DNA of 44,689 nt from Psammoneis japonica (lineage: Eukaryota), in NCBI GenBank assembly GCA_008632985.1, contig QPGO01000342.1, positions 1 through 44,689 on the forward strand, read 5' to 3'. This document shows positions 31,785 through 44,591 of this stretch, in pieces (position 1 is the first letter of the stretch; the number at the start of each line of letters is the position of its first letter). The notes below the pieces were generated by a model, which worked only from the letters and a program-made list of their open reading frames with translations, was not told where the DNA came from and did no database searches. The translations under genes and the position numbers were made by a program.

Positions 31785-33277
31785 ATGAACACTCCAAATA
31801 AAGACAAAAACGCGACGCCGATCATGTCGAGAACTCGTAAATCCATCCCATCGTGAGTGTCGTGAATTTGAAAACAAAAGTCCACTCCTTTTCTTTCTGC
31901 ATCATCTCACTCGTTCATTCCTTTTATTTTCGCCTCTTTGCCATGCACAGACCGAATTCGAGGATCATGTCGAACAATCGTGCGTTCGTCCCATCGTGAG
32001 TCAACAAACAATGGTCCATCTCCACTCCTTTTTGTTTCGCATTATCCTCCTAACTCGTTGATTTATTGTGTTCTTACCTCTCTCCACAACACAGGCCGGA
32101 CGGAGACAGCTGCAACGAGCAGGGCCATTCTGAAGCCAAAAAACGTCCTGCATTGGGCAGTGACGATCGAGGTCATGAACCATCAAAGCGTGCGAATGAC
32201 AAGGCGTCGGATTCATCGCTGAATAGATCCCCCGAGCCGATGAAAGCAGTGCCTTTTCTTGTGTCGTCTCCTTCTCCTCCAAGCCAGAGTGAGGATGGAC
32301 GCCACAGTCCTGCCGATTCCGAGAATGGTGGTGGAAAGACGCTAGCCAAGGATTCCGATGAGACCAAAGGTAAGCCCATTGTCAATCCGTTTCCGATTGC
32401 TTGAGGATTGTTGTCTCTAACGGTTTGCTTTGGACTCTTAATCCAACACAAGGTCGTGGCAAAACGCCAGCCAAGGATGTTGATGACGAGTCGGTAGGAT
32501 CTACGCCGATCAAGTCGAGCAGTCGCAAATGCATCCCATCGTGAGTGTCGCAAATTTGAAAACAAAAGTACACTCCTTTTCTTTCTGTATCATCTCGCTC
32601 ACTCGCTCATTGCTTTTCTTCTTGCCTCTTTGTAATGCAGGTCGGGTCGAGACAGCCACAACGAGCGCAATAGTGCCGAAGCCAAACGTCCGGCTTTGGG
32701 TAACAACAGTCCGACTCCGTCAAAGCGTGCGAGGCTTTATGTGCAGTCGGAGCCATCGCCGAATGGCTCCATTGAGTCCGGCATGGAAACAGTGGCTTTT
32801 CCTTTTTCATCTACACCCTCATCCGAGTACATTTTCTCCAGTCCTGATGATTCTGAGAACGGTGGTGGCGAGACGCCAGCCAAAGATCCCGTGCTCTTGG
32901 AGATATCGTCGAATGGTACCCCCATGTCTTTGGACACAGTGACTTCTCTAATCTCCAGTCCTGCTGATTCCGAGAACGGTGGTGGCAAAACGCCAGCCAA
33001 GGATGTTGACGACGAGTCGGTAGGATCCAATGATCCGGATCAAGAAACCATGGAAGATGTCCCATTCGCCATGTACTTTTTTAAGTATTCTGGCGAAGCT
33101 TATGAAGGCTCTGTCAAATACAAGACGAAGAATGCAGCAACCGGATCACCCATGTACCATGTTGAGTTTAAAGACGGCGACGCCTGTGACATCAATCAAG
33201 AGGAATATGACAAGGGAACCAATCTTCATCGTTTGCTGGATAAAGGAAGTCAACCGTATGATGCTATTTCCGTTTGA
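31785..33277 (+). CDS. Multi-exon hypothetical protein with repeated SPADSENGGGKTPAKD modules and a C-terminal Tudor-like domain
   Basis: Repeated cccatc|gtgagt donors and cag acceptors. C-terminal YEGSVKY...MYHVEFKDGDACDI. Exon structure inferred by eye. Confidence 0.55.
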
Positions 33278-34689
33278 AGATTATCATCAAACTGTTCTGA
33301 AGAACTTATTTACATACACACACACGATACGAGTTGACGACTCTTTTGTCGCCTTCTCCTTAGAGTCGACTTTACGTCTGACTCATGTAATAATTGATAA
33401 TGTTCTAGAAATTCCAAAAATATTGTCTTTATTCTATTGTCTGTGAACCGATTGCAATGTGTCTGAATTTTGACAAGTCAACGCATAGGCATCATTGTTA
33501 TAGTAGGCTTTTAAGGCATGAGTCTGGTTTTCACGAGTATACAAACGACGGGAAATTGGCGTCTGTTGATACCGACGCTGATTTAAAAGATAGGAAATGG
33601 AGGTAAGACTGTTCCGAGCTTTTAGATTCCTTCGTTTGTCTCGGAGAGGCGTTGTCGGTACCGGTACATTCGACAACATTATGCAGTAGCTATTGAGCTC
33701 GACAGCACAGATATCTTGTACCATAAACCTTCTAGCTGCGCGGATCCCCGAATGTTTGTTATAGTGATGCACTGAAAACGCTCCACCAGGCGGTACTCCA
33801 GGAGGCACAATCACCATCCGTTTTGACAAGTCCCCGGATTCTGTACCTGTGTCATCATTACAGATGGCGGGTTGAGCGCAGGGAGGATACGAGTTGACGA
33901 CTCTTTTATCGCCTTCTCCTTAGAGTCGACCTTGCGTCTGACTCATATAATTGACAATATTCTAGAAGTCTCTACAATATCGTCTACATTCTACCGGTAC
34001 TGTTGCCAAGTCAATGCGTATCATTTTATATTTTTGTAGGTACGAGTCTGGATATAACGAGTGTATTTACAAACGACGGGAGACTGACGTCTGTTGATAC
34101 CAACGCCGATTTGAAAGATAGGATATGGAGGAAAAAATCTTTTCCGATAGTGCGTTTTGCTTACAGTATCCTCACCGATGTCGCAGTGACAGCCATGCAT
34201 GCCACAAAGAACGCCACCACAGCCATCGGCACCGGACAGAGGCTTTTCCGCCTACAGTACTGTCGTTTGCTTCGGCAAACTCTCTAGAGCAGCCTTGAGC
34301 ACTCATCATTCGCAAGCTTGTTGAGAACAACGTCCACAGTAAGCTCCTTGGTCTTTCTGTTTTGTCGCTTGTAGTTTGGCTTGGTCTCGTTTTGCTTTTG
34401 CTGGGTGGATTCGCTAACAACCTTGCTAACCCGCTCTATCGGATCCGGCCGAGTCTAGCGCATTCGTGAGAGACTTGAGGGTGTCGCACTCCAATATAAC
34501 TGAGGAGCTTATTGCGAACAAAACTCTAGAGCGTTTCGTAAAACTCAACAAAAGTCACCATGACACGATTGTCAATGTTGGACGGCAATCCACGTGAACG
34601 ACATCCATTCTGAGAGTGTTAAAAAAAGATCTCAGGGTGTCGGGAGTTTGTGTAAAATCGGGGTAAGACGGCCAAGGCGACATAAGACT

Positions 34690-35806
34690 AGCTATTCACA
34701 CTAGAACGAGCATTGTTTAGAAAGAGGGCAACGCGTTCAGTCCAAGCACATTGACGACAACAGAGCATACACGAACGAATGGCCACAAGCTTTACCTTGC
34801 ATGAGCCGCCGTCTTCAAGGGTATGACAATAGCACAATGCGGGGGCAGAGTGTAAGTTTGACTGGATGCGCCACCAAACGTTTCGTCGTCTAAAACCGCA
34901 CCACCTGCAGCATTCGAGATAATCTTTCGAGCAGCCACATTGGTGCTCTCTGCGTGGCTGACATCGTGGTCGTCGAACTGTTCGACAAGGGCGCACTGCG
35001 TTGACGTTACCAACACAGCGGCTCCACCATCGTACACACATGCCTGAAGCAACTCGGTGCCTCCACCCTTGTTCCCGGAAGGAAACAATGTAGAAAGGTG
35101 AATCACGCACCACCACGACAACGGTCATTCGGTCGGTAAAGCCAAGAGTCAACACATTGGACGCCAGCACACTCTTTTCCGACAGTTCGCTCGGAAGAAA
35201 TTCGACTTGTGCCTTATAACCGGCATTGGCATCAGTGTGTAGTTCAGCACAAGCCCATGGCACGCGTGGTGGTATCTGCACCTAGAAGCGGGATAGTCAT
35301 GGCACATGTCGGACCACCATGAGGACAACCAGCCACCTTGGTCGTAGTTGTAATGTTCAACGGAACGATGCACAAAGCTGACTGACAAAAGAGGGAGGAA
35401 AGGCAGCCAATCCGTTGTTGAGAGAGCCCATAATCCTATCGTCGTGCTCTTGTACTTCCTTATCATTCGCTTGCTCTCTGTTTTCGCGGTCGTTCCAGCT
35501 AATGTTGGAGCAAATAGGGACCCGGCGGTGCGGCAAATGTCCAGGTGCATGCTGCCACGAAGCCTCAACGGGAATGTCATCCTGCATTGTTTCACCCAGA
35601 TCCACCTCCTTGTCGTCATCTGGTACGTCGCAATCGTCTTTCCTTTCTCGGTAGTAATCGTCTCTGTCGGTCTCTAATGGATTTGTCGTTGCTGCTGCAA
35701 AGGGTTTGTTGTCAGACTGCATCATGGGCGTCGCAGATACATTAGGACTTGCCGCTGCTGGATCGTCATCGAACGAGTCCTCAAACGGGTTCGTTCCGCG
35801 AGGCAT
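34690..35806 (-). pseudogene. Vps16-like N-terminal fragment
   Basis: EASWQH..GHLPHRRVPICSNISW (cf. WQxLGDxxYRxxxxYxxxW), VAGCPHGGP, LTLGFTDRMTVVVVVRDS. Frameshifted and truncated. Confidence 0.6.
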
Positions 35807-35839
35807 AGGGCCTAGTCATCAAGGTCAATTATGTAATAT

Positions 35840-37300
35840 TCAATACAGAGGCAACGGCTTTTGTAATGGTAGCGAGACGTTCCACGATCGTCCTCTTTCG
35901 ATACGACAATGGAGCATCTTGATAGCAACACTGATACCAATGGAGTCACGTCCTTTTAGCTTGTCCTTCTCTGCTTTAGGTAGCAAATCGTTAATGTCAG
36001 AAATGGGTGCTGGATCTAGCTTATGAAAGACCTCCACTGCCGTAATCGAGTCTGGTAGCGATTGTGGCATTTCGAACATGTGCAAATAGGAATCCACAGT
36101 CACAATGGCCAATCCCATTTGCCATGCCTTGTTTAGCTTTCATTGCTCCACAACTTTCATGGAGAAAAATTAATTCGTTAGTGGCGACTCGAGCGCTTCA
36201 AGGTCCATTACTTCTGGTGGAATGAACGTTCGTCGAGATCGATTGAGGATGGAGGATTTGTGCTGCGCTTCCTTCATTGTACTCGCTGTGAATGCTTTTG
36301 AACTGTTTTCTTGAATATGTGTATCGACTTTCTTATCCATTTGTCGCTCCACCAACTCTTGCAATACGGGGGGATTCAAAGACTCGAAACCCGACAAAAG
36401 GTCTACCTGTTGAAGCAAATACTCCAAGAGCAAAATCTTGCAGTTTGCTTTGACGATCCACTTCATTCGCCGAGATTGAATTGTCAAGACGCAGCAATTC
36501 CGGTGACGCTTTGTTCCATACCTCGGACTGTAATAACGCATCCCTGCCAACCGCAGATCACGCGTATCTCGTTTGGCAAGATGACAGCGCCATCCCAAGA
36601 GACGCGTGGGGATCGCCAAGGAACGTGGGAGGTATTAATTTCCTTTCTGGAGTGCGAGCGGTTGAAGGCTAAATCAACGCCTCGCCGTAAACTCTATCAT
36701 AAAAGTCTATGGCAAAATTATTGTTTCATAAGAAGGTTGGTGACAAGGGCGAAAAAGACTTGTGAACCAACAATGCATCCATTGGACTTACCCCACGCAC
36801 TAGCCGCCTTCGATTCCGCCCCCCTCGAGCTCTGCAATGATGCCTTTACCCTTTGAGTCCATTTTTCGCAACCGAGACTTGAGTTCGTGCTGATGGTTCG
36901 TCAACGTGCTCGCTTGCCTTGTTGAGGTAGATTCTTTCTTCGCACTTTCTTCAACCTCCTGGAAAAACAGACTGAGCCTCAATGAGAGATGTGAGCATGC
37001 CTCTGTGAGCATGCCTCCACGTGTTTCTTCTGGTGTATCCAAACTATCTCGCCATGCTTCTTCATTCTGTACCATCACCACGGTGCTGTCCTTGTGACTG
37101 CGTTCTTCCGATAGACGAATTTGTCTCCAGTAGCCCACCATCGAATTCCAATACACGTCCTCGTATATTTGCTACAGTACATAGCCTCCCCGTACGCTTG
37201 GTTTGCATGAGCAACGCCGAGAACCAATCTTCACGCCTCACGCCCGCTTTTTTGCTTTCAGTCTTTTCCTGCAACGATTCCGTAACGGCAATCAACTTCT
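35840..37300 (-). pseudogene. Fragmented gene, possibly coiled-coil plus PH-like
   Basis: Series of short same-strand protein-like ORFs. WQMGLAIVTVDSYLHMFEM resembles a PH-domain strand pair. Confidence 0.35.
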
Positions 37301-39619
37301 ACGTCAATTCATTTGGTGAAAATTGGTGAAGTACAGAGTGCAACGGGATTCACTAAGCGGCGCTAACGCACGAAGTGGTTTGGTGATGGGAAAAATCCGC
37401 GAACGACGCCATGGCGCTCGCTTTCGCATTGACGAAACACACGGCTGATGCTCGCTCTGCGCTCTGCGCGCTCGCTATTCGGCGCGGCCGGATAAAAATT
37501 GGTCGCACTGTCCGTCCGTCACCAGGCATCGGAGGTAAAAATCTGCCGCGATGCTCTATTCGCACCGGTACGAAGAACCGCCGTCATTAAAAGAATAGAA
37601 AGAGACATGTAAGAGATCACATTCTATTACGTCTACTTTACTATTTAAAGCACTGGTTTAAACATAAAGTTGCACTGAAACCCCCAAGCAATCCACAAGT
37701 CAGCGGTCATTTCAAGATCCTGCCGCTGGTGGACACCACCGCTCATCATGCCACATGCCTTCATGCGTTTCACGGCTCGTTCATTCGCCGACCGATCACT
37801 GGCTGCAGCTGCTGAGACAAGAACCTCTTCGCCGGTGAATTTTTTGTCACTTTTGGCAAAAAAGGTTGGAGAAGCAGCTGCCCTCCGGCACGCCAAGCAG
37901 CCAAAATGCTCCTGTGCCCCTTGTCCAGAACATTCGTGAAGGGCAAATCGGGTGAAGCATCACGCTCCTGCCGATTTTTGCCTGTGTGTTTTTTCGGGTC
38001 AGTCGCCGACTCACAAAGCTTGTTGAGGTGTTGTCTGACGCCGTCGTCCATCATTTTGACACTGTTTGACGTCGCTCCCAATTCTTGGGCACGCAATTCT
38101 GGCACACGGCATCCAGTCAGGTTCCAGGCATCGGGATTGCATTCCTTGCGCAGTGCATCTGTAGACAAAATGTGACAGAGACGCCACGTGCTGATGTCAT
38201 CGCGGGTGCATGCATCATTCAACTCTGGGGACTTGCATCTGAAAATGGCAACAATTTCGAGAACGGTGGTTGCGCCCGCTCCAACAAAGATTTCCGCCAC
38301 ATCCAACACAGTGGCAGTGGTTCCCTTGGTGGCAGAAGCGGTTTTACTGGCGCATCCAGGTGTCCATCGTCTCCACGAAACTGTGCCTTAGCAGAAAACT
38401 CCAGCGTTGGAATCCATGGATCGACGACATCATTGAATCCTTTTGAGATTCGAGCACTGCACCAGCTTCAGAGCTACAGTAATCTCGTCACCCGTTATAC
38501 CGACGCCACAGGTCGATAGCAAGCCAGGAGGAATCGATAAAGGTGGCTTTTAGATTCTCCGCAGATGTTACATGGTAGTTACTGAGTATCTGATACTCGC
38601 GTGATGCAATAACATTTTCAAAATATCCTGCGGAGGTTTGTCATGCGCAAGCCACCACTGTGATTTGGAGGCTTGACGTTTTGTAGCAAATTCCTTGTTC
38701 GCACGTAGCCGCCCCTCTACTCAGCAGCCTCTGGGGTTCCTCTTGCGCGGCTATTCACACTGACTTGAGAGACAAAAATAGAGAGATCTTTTAGAGCTTG
38801 CGTCTGTCAGGAAACACATGAGGTGAACCAGAGGGGCGAGCAACAACAAATACCTCGACAGGTTGGCCAACAAAATGAGGAGAAAACCTCGGTTCAGTTG
38901 ATAATGCTCCTTGTATTTGAAGCCCTCTCGCCTGTTGGAGTTCGACCTCGTCCACCTCAAATAGCTCGATTGCGAAATCTATCAGATCGACAAGTTGTCG
39001 CATGGCACCACCGAGTGAGGAATGAGGAACAAGCATTGGCATCTACTCTACTTACTAACTCGCCGTTGTCCTTCCCGTGCCACAGAGAGGGATATAATGA
39101 ATAATGTCATCGCGAGGGACGTCCTCAACATGTGAGTAGACGCCATGGCGTTCAAGATTCTGCCAAGACTAGGTGCAACCGGGGCAATAGGATCTACAAC
39201 ACTTTGACCCATTGCACTGCTTGTCACACGATGACTTCTCTCCTTGGCATCACATACAGTAACCGGGACCCACGACATTGGATGAGAACGGTGCGCCAAT
39301 GTCAAGACCTTTCACAGCAACCATTTTTTCGACAACCAAGCACGCACTGCCTATCACGGGTAACTTTGGGCTCTCATCAATCATCAAAGCGCGCATGAGC
39401 TCAAAAGTCCATTGTCGAATCCGTACGTCAGGTCGTAATCGACTCCTTTATCATACAGAAGGACAAAGTCTCACTCACGCTCCCTTCAAGATCCAGTAAC
39501 GTTTTTCTTCAAAGATTACGCGCCCAAAATTCCTTATACGCACGTCCTTGCCGAATCTAGCGATTCCAACTCTTGCTCGTATCCCTCGTTGCATTGTTGG
39601 ATATTTGGAATGAGTTGGG

Positions 39620-40330
39620 TGATTATGTGTGAGAATGTACGAGTCGCAATCTTGCCCAAACGTTACAAAGCCCACAACAGCAATGGAAAAGTACAGGACG
39701 ACAGTCAAGCCGAACGAGTAGAAAACGACTTGGCCAAATCGAGGAAGGCTGGCGTCCTTGAGTTCGGCGTAAAAGCGTGGACTATTGTAGTGCATGTCAA
39801 AAGTTGTACACACCATACAAACAAAGGGCAAGACACTTGTCGAATACCAAGGCGATGTTCTTGTTCCAAAGGGTTCTCGTGAAATGCTGCTCTCGGCATA
39901 GTATTGACCACCCGGTTGATAAGAACCGTCCATGTATCGCACAAGCATGGCACCCAAGGCACAGAGGACCGCCGCCATGCCCATGGCGGAAAAGGGTGCC
40001 AGTGCATTTAAATTTTTAAAGAGGCACAGGGGTAAAATGCCCATCCACGTGACGACAAGGAGGCACACCACGACGGACCAATAGACATTGATTCCTTCCA
40101 GCAAGAGATGCAAGGATTGAGACAAGATGGATGCGTTGGCAAAGCAACCTGATGCAAATTAGGGAAAGGAGTAGCTAGTAAGAACAGTTTGTCAAGAGTC
40201 GTTTCAACAAGAATACGTACATCATACTCTTGTCTACAATGATCCTAAGCACATTTCGCTTCCAGGACTAGAGCACCTACGTAGCAACGGATCAAGAGTA
40301 CTGGCTATTCCCACAGTCAATCGTCCTTTA
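39620..40330 (-). pseudogene. Amino-acid transporter (AAAP/SLC38-like), central fragment
   Basis: ILPLCLFKNLNALAPFSAMG, VRYMDGSYQPGG, HYNSPRFYAELKDAS, VGFVTFGQDCDSYIL, followed by unrelated sequence. Confidence 0.8.
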
Positions 40331-40967
40331 TGCCCAAACGTTCGTTCCTCGTTCCCAGCACTCACGGTAGTTAGCCTAAATTAGATGAAATTCCAATTCT
40401 GTAGAGGAATGAAAAAATGCATGAGTATTGATGACGGCAGAAAATTTTGTTTTGTATAGCCTGCATCCACCAATTTGTGTAGCTCACAGTAAACAAAAAT
40501 ACCCAAAAATGGCTCCCAGCACGACAGTCCACCCTACATCGTTGAACACACATGGTGGGAACACAACATGACAACAAACGCTGACGCTGATTCCGTTGGC
40601 TGGTTCAATAACTGGGAATAAAATAGCATTGTAGTGTCGGTCGACAGGGTTGGCCTTTTCCGCTATCTCGGTCCCTTGTTTCCCCCGTTCAGCGGTCGCC
40701 CCACCATTTTCCACTTCAGCTTGCTTTTTCTCAAAGGGAATGCGTCTGCCCTCCATCAGTCTTCAGTTTTAATACAGTAAGGTGGACCAGGTCGGAGGGA
40801 GAATTTCTGATTTCGAAATTTGTATATTTTATTGTATGTCCCCGTATATCGTATATCCTGAAAGACCTCGTCAGTACTGGGCCAACTCGTACGCTTCTAC
40901 TGAACTGAAATCAAAATGAAATGGTAGAAAACGTACGAAGAGCTACACAGTCGAATTGCTGTACCTT

Positions 40968-41180
40968 CAGTAGCTAGCTAGAGTGCGAGCCTCTCTCTTA
41001 GAGGGCCCTACCGGTACTCTAGAGAGTCTAAGTAGCTAGCTCTAGCTACTAGAGAGAGAGAGAGAGCAGGGGTCTAGCAGGGGTCTAGTAGAGCTGGCCT
41101 CTCTCTCTCTAGAGTAGAGGGTAGAGGGCCCTCTCATCTCTACTCTAGCTAGAGTAGAGCAGAGAGCTTAGATTAGCTAG
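40968..41180. repeat. Second CTA/TAG/AGAG/CTCT low-complexity tract
   Basis: tagctagctagag...tagagggccctaccggtactctagagag...gcaggggtctagcaggggtctag. Confidence 0.8.
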
Positions 41181-42198
41181 ACAAATCTCGTGCAGACAGC
41201 ACCTTCAACTTTTCAGCATCCACCATGAAACCAGTCTCCAGTCCAAAGTCCAAACATCTCTTGAGAGGAGAGAGGAGTTGAGGAGCTGGAGATGGTGAAG
41301 CGAATAAGAGGTCGCCAGTCGGTTAAATTTGATTTACGACGCCTTGCTCCAATCCTTTCATCCACACCGACACCAAAGAACACGAAGCAGCCTTTCAGCA
41401 GCAAATGTCCGGCGAGATGACGACTCGTTCCGTGTTGCCTCATATCTCTGCATTCAATTATTTTGTCTTTTCTGTACATCTTGTTTTGGTGAGCCATAAA
41501 ATTGGAAGTTGTGCTGAACAATTGCTTTTCTCCCAGTGACCATCCAAATACGTAATTTCCATACCGCAACCAACCCCCTGAGGTCGATTGGAAGACCCAT
41601 TTCCAATCATTTCGGAGACTTGTCTAGCTACAGGTATCTAGGAGAACCAAATTAAGCTCCATGCGCTTTACAGTTGGTTCCTACCATGCCTCAGGCACAA
41701 GAACTAAAACTTTATAATGACAAGCTCGGCACCAACAGAGCCATCTTTATAGTGTGGTTGCAATGCAGCATTTCACAACATGCTCGGTTATGAACATCAA
41801 ACTTCGTCGCACCGACCGCCTTCACTGCTCTAGAGAGCATTGGTGCAGAAAAGCCGAGATCCGTATTTTTCCAACTTTCTTGTTCCCAATCGGGCGTTAA
41901 AGCAGTCTCACATACTCCATCGTTGCTGGTTGCAAGTATTAATTGGTTTTACGACGAGTGGGGACCAGAGCTCTGTGAAAGCATCCACGAAGCGCATTGT
42001 CTGGCGCAGTTACAAGAAGAGTGCACAATAACGTTCGACTTTGCATGATGGATGGAATCCCTGCAGGCACGTCGTTCTCATTCTACAATGACGACTAGAG
42101 CCATAAGTGTCATTTCCTTTCATTTCGAGATTACAGCATGATGATGCTAATCATCAATGCGGGCTTTTTCCGGTCTGCCACTTGAGCCCAAAACCGCG

Positions 42199-42781
42199 TC
42201 ACGCCCCACATACGAGCGATGACCAAACACCGATAATACCCAGCAGCACAAAAACAAGGGCAAGAATCATTGCAAAACAAATTTCTCCTTTCTTTTTCGT
42301 CAAAACAAGAGGGCTGTAATATTTCTGAATTCCTTCATGAAACAAAATGGCAGGAAAGGTAAAGCAAACCAATGTTACAGTCGTTCCTCCTCCAATAGAA
42401 TTGATGAGTCCCAAATCCGTCACAAAGCACGAAATGAGGGTCAACATGGAAAGCATCATGATAGTAAAGACATTGAGCTTGGCATCCGTATCAATCTGGT
42501 CCGTGATTCCCAAAATATCCAAACAATTGTCTCGCACACCAATAAAGTTGAGCGGATACGACACTAGACTGCAAAGCCCAATAGCGATACGACTCGCTGT
42601 GGCCAAGGAATCCTTGGGCGAGTAATTGTTGAGAATGTACGAGTCGCAATTTTGCCCAAACGCTAAAAAGCCCACAACAGCAATGGAAAAGTACATGACG
42701 GCAGTCAAGCCGATCGAGCATAAAACGACTTGGCCAAATCGAGAATGGCTTGCGTCCTTGAGTTCGGAGTAAAAGCGTGGA
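42199..42781 (-). pseudogene. Amino-acid transporter C-terminal fragment, paralog of 39620-40330
   Basis: PRFYSELKDAS...GFLAFGQNCDSYILNNYSPKD...SYPLNFIGVRD...DLGLINSIGG. About 150 bp overlaps the other copy. Confidence 0.82.
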
Positions 42782-42889
42782 CATACTTCTTGTCTTTCCC
42801 TCCAAGGCTGTGTGATGTCGAAACAGATAGCGCAGCCATTGTCAGCAAACGAACAAAGCATACAACTACAAAGAACCCAACAGTTGCAT

Positions 42890-43320
42890 GCCGAGTCCCA
42901 CCCAGGCCACCGCCCAACCTCCGGGGAAGCCTTCCATCTTCATAGCGCCTGCCGCACGATGCGCACGCTTCATATCCTCCTCTTGCACAAACTCTACAAA
43001 GGCACAACCTCGAGACTTCGACAGTATTCTTGATGAGTTTGAGATCTTTGACCGGACCAAACGCTTCAAACTCGCGCAGTAGCTTGCACTCTGTCACTTC
43101 ATATGCAAGGCGTCCCACAAAGAGCGTGTTGCAGCCATTCATTCCCTGGTCCTCTCCTCCATCTTCTTGCTGTTTCTGACGACAGCTCTCTAACTTTGAT
43201 GTCATTTCTTCCTCGTGTCGCTTCTTTTTCTGCTCTCTCTCTTGACTTCTTGATGGCTTGAGTGGCGTGCGTTCGACCTGAACCATGAATTGCGCCAATC
43301 CTGTCCAAGTAGTTTTCCAA
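42890..43320 (-). pseudogene. SNRNP70: U1 snRNP 70 kDa protein fragment (RRM), frameshifted and internally deleted
   Basis: NTLFVGRLAYEVTE.KLLREFEAFGPVK, KSRGCAFVEF..EEDMKRAH, LPRRLGGGLGGTR. Confidence 0.82.
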
Positions 43321-43717
43321 TTATTTTATAAAGGTGGCACGCACGTGCGGAGGCATCATAGCCCTTGGCTGGACACATTTCTCGATGACCCCTTCTGATT
43401 CGCTGCACAACTTTGAATCGTTCGTCCTTTGCAAAAACAAAGCATCGAGTCAAGAGCTATCGCATGCTGTATATGATGCAGTAGGGCATGTGCTCTTCTT
43501 GGCGATCTCTTGCTGTGGCTGTGAGTGCTTGCTCATGGTTCATCATCATGAGTCATCAGAGGATCAAGAGCACCGGTGTTGACTACAATACGGTATTGCC
43601 CCTTTGTGCCCACCTCACTCACTGGAGAATGTGATCGAACGACAACAGACGATTTACGCGCGCTACACGCACGCACTCGAGCTGTCATTCTGGCCGTCAT
43701 TCGACGCCAGTGCCCCG

Positions 43718-44591
43718 TTCGAAATTTTCAAAACCCACGCGCGAAGCGAGCGAAGGAGCCGTTGCTGTCGCGTTTTCTCAGACGAGCAAAACCCACAAAC
43801 TGAAAACGACAAACAACAACAAGTAAGAACGGCGGCAACGACACAAAAGAAACTATATCAACAGGGCATTGTACTTGCTTACTTTCTTTCGATTGTAGCA
43901 TGCATCGAATTGGATGCACGATGAACACTCCAAATAAAGACAAAAACGCGACGCCGATCATGTCGAGAACTCGTAAATCCATCCCATCGTGAGTGTCGTG
44001 AATTTGAAAACAAAAGTCCACTCCTTTTCTTTCTGCATCATCTCACTCGTTCATTCCTTTTATTTTCGCCTCTTTGCCATGCACAGACCGAATTCGAAGA
44101 TCATGTCGAACAATCGTGCGTTCGTCCCATCGTGAGTCAACAAACAATGGTCCATCTCCACTCCTTTTTGTTTCGCATTATCCTCCTAACTCGTTCATTG
44201 ATTACATTCTTACCTCTCTCCACAACACAGGCCGGACGGAGACAGCTGCAACGAGCAGGGCCATTCTGAAGCCAAAAAACGTCCTGCATTGGGCAGTGAC
44301 GATCGAGGTCATGAACCATCAAAGCGTGCGAATGACAAGGCGTCGGATTCATCGCTGAATGGATCCCCCGAGCCGATGAAAGCAGTGCCTTTTCTTGTGT
44401 CGTCTCCTTCTCCTCCAAGCCAGAGTGAGGATGGACGCCACAGTCCTGCCGATTCCGAGAATGGTGGTGGAAAGACGCTAGCCAAGGATTCCGATGAGAC
44501 CAAAGGTAAGCTCATTGTCAATCCGTTTCCGATTGCTTGAGGATTGTTGTCTCTAACGGTTTGCTTTGGACTCTTAATCCAACACAAGGTC
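43718..44591 (+). repeat. Near-identical direct duplication of 31594-32456 (5' part of the Tudor-like gene, introns included)
   Basis: Long exact matches from cgttttctcagacgagcaaaaccc to aatccaacacaaggtc. The sequences diverge afterwards. Confidence 0.93.
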
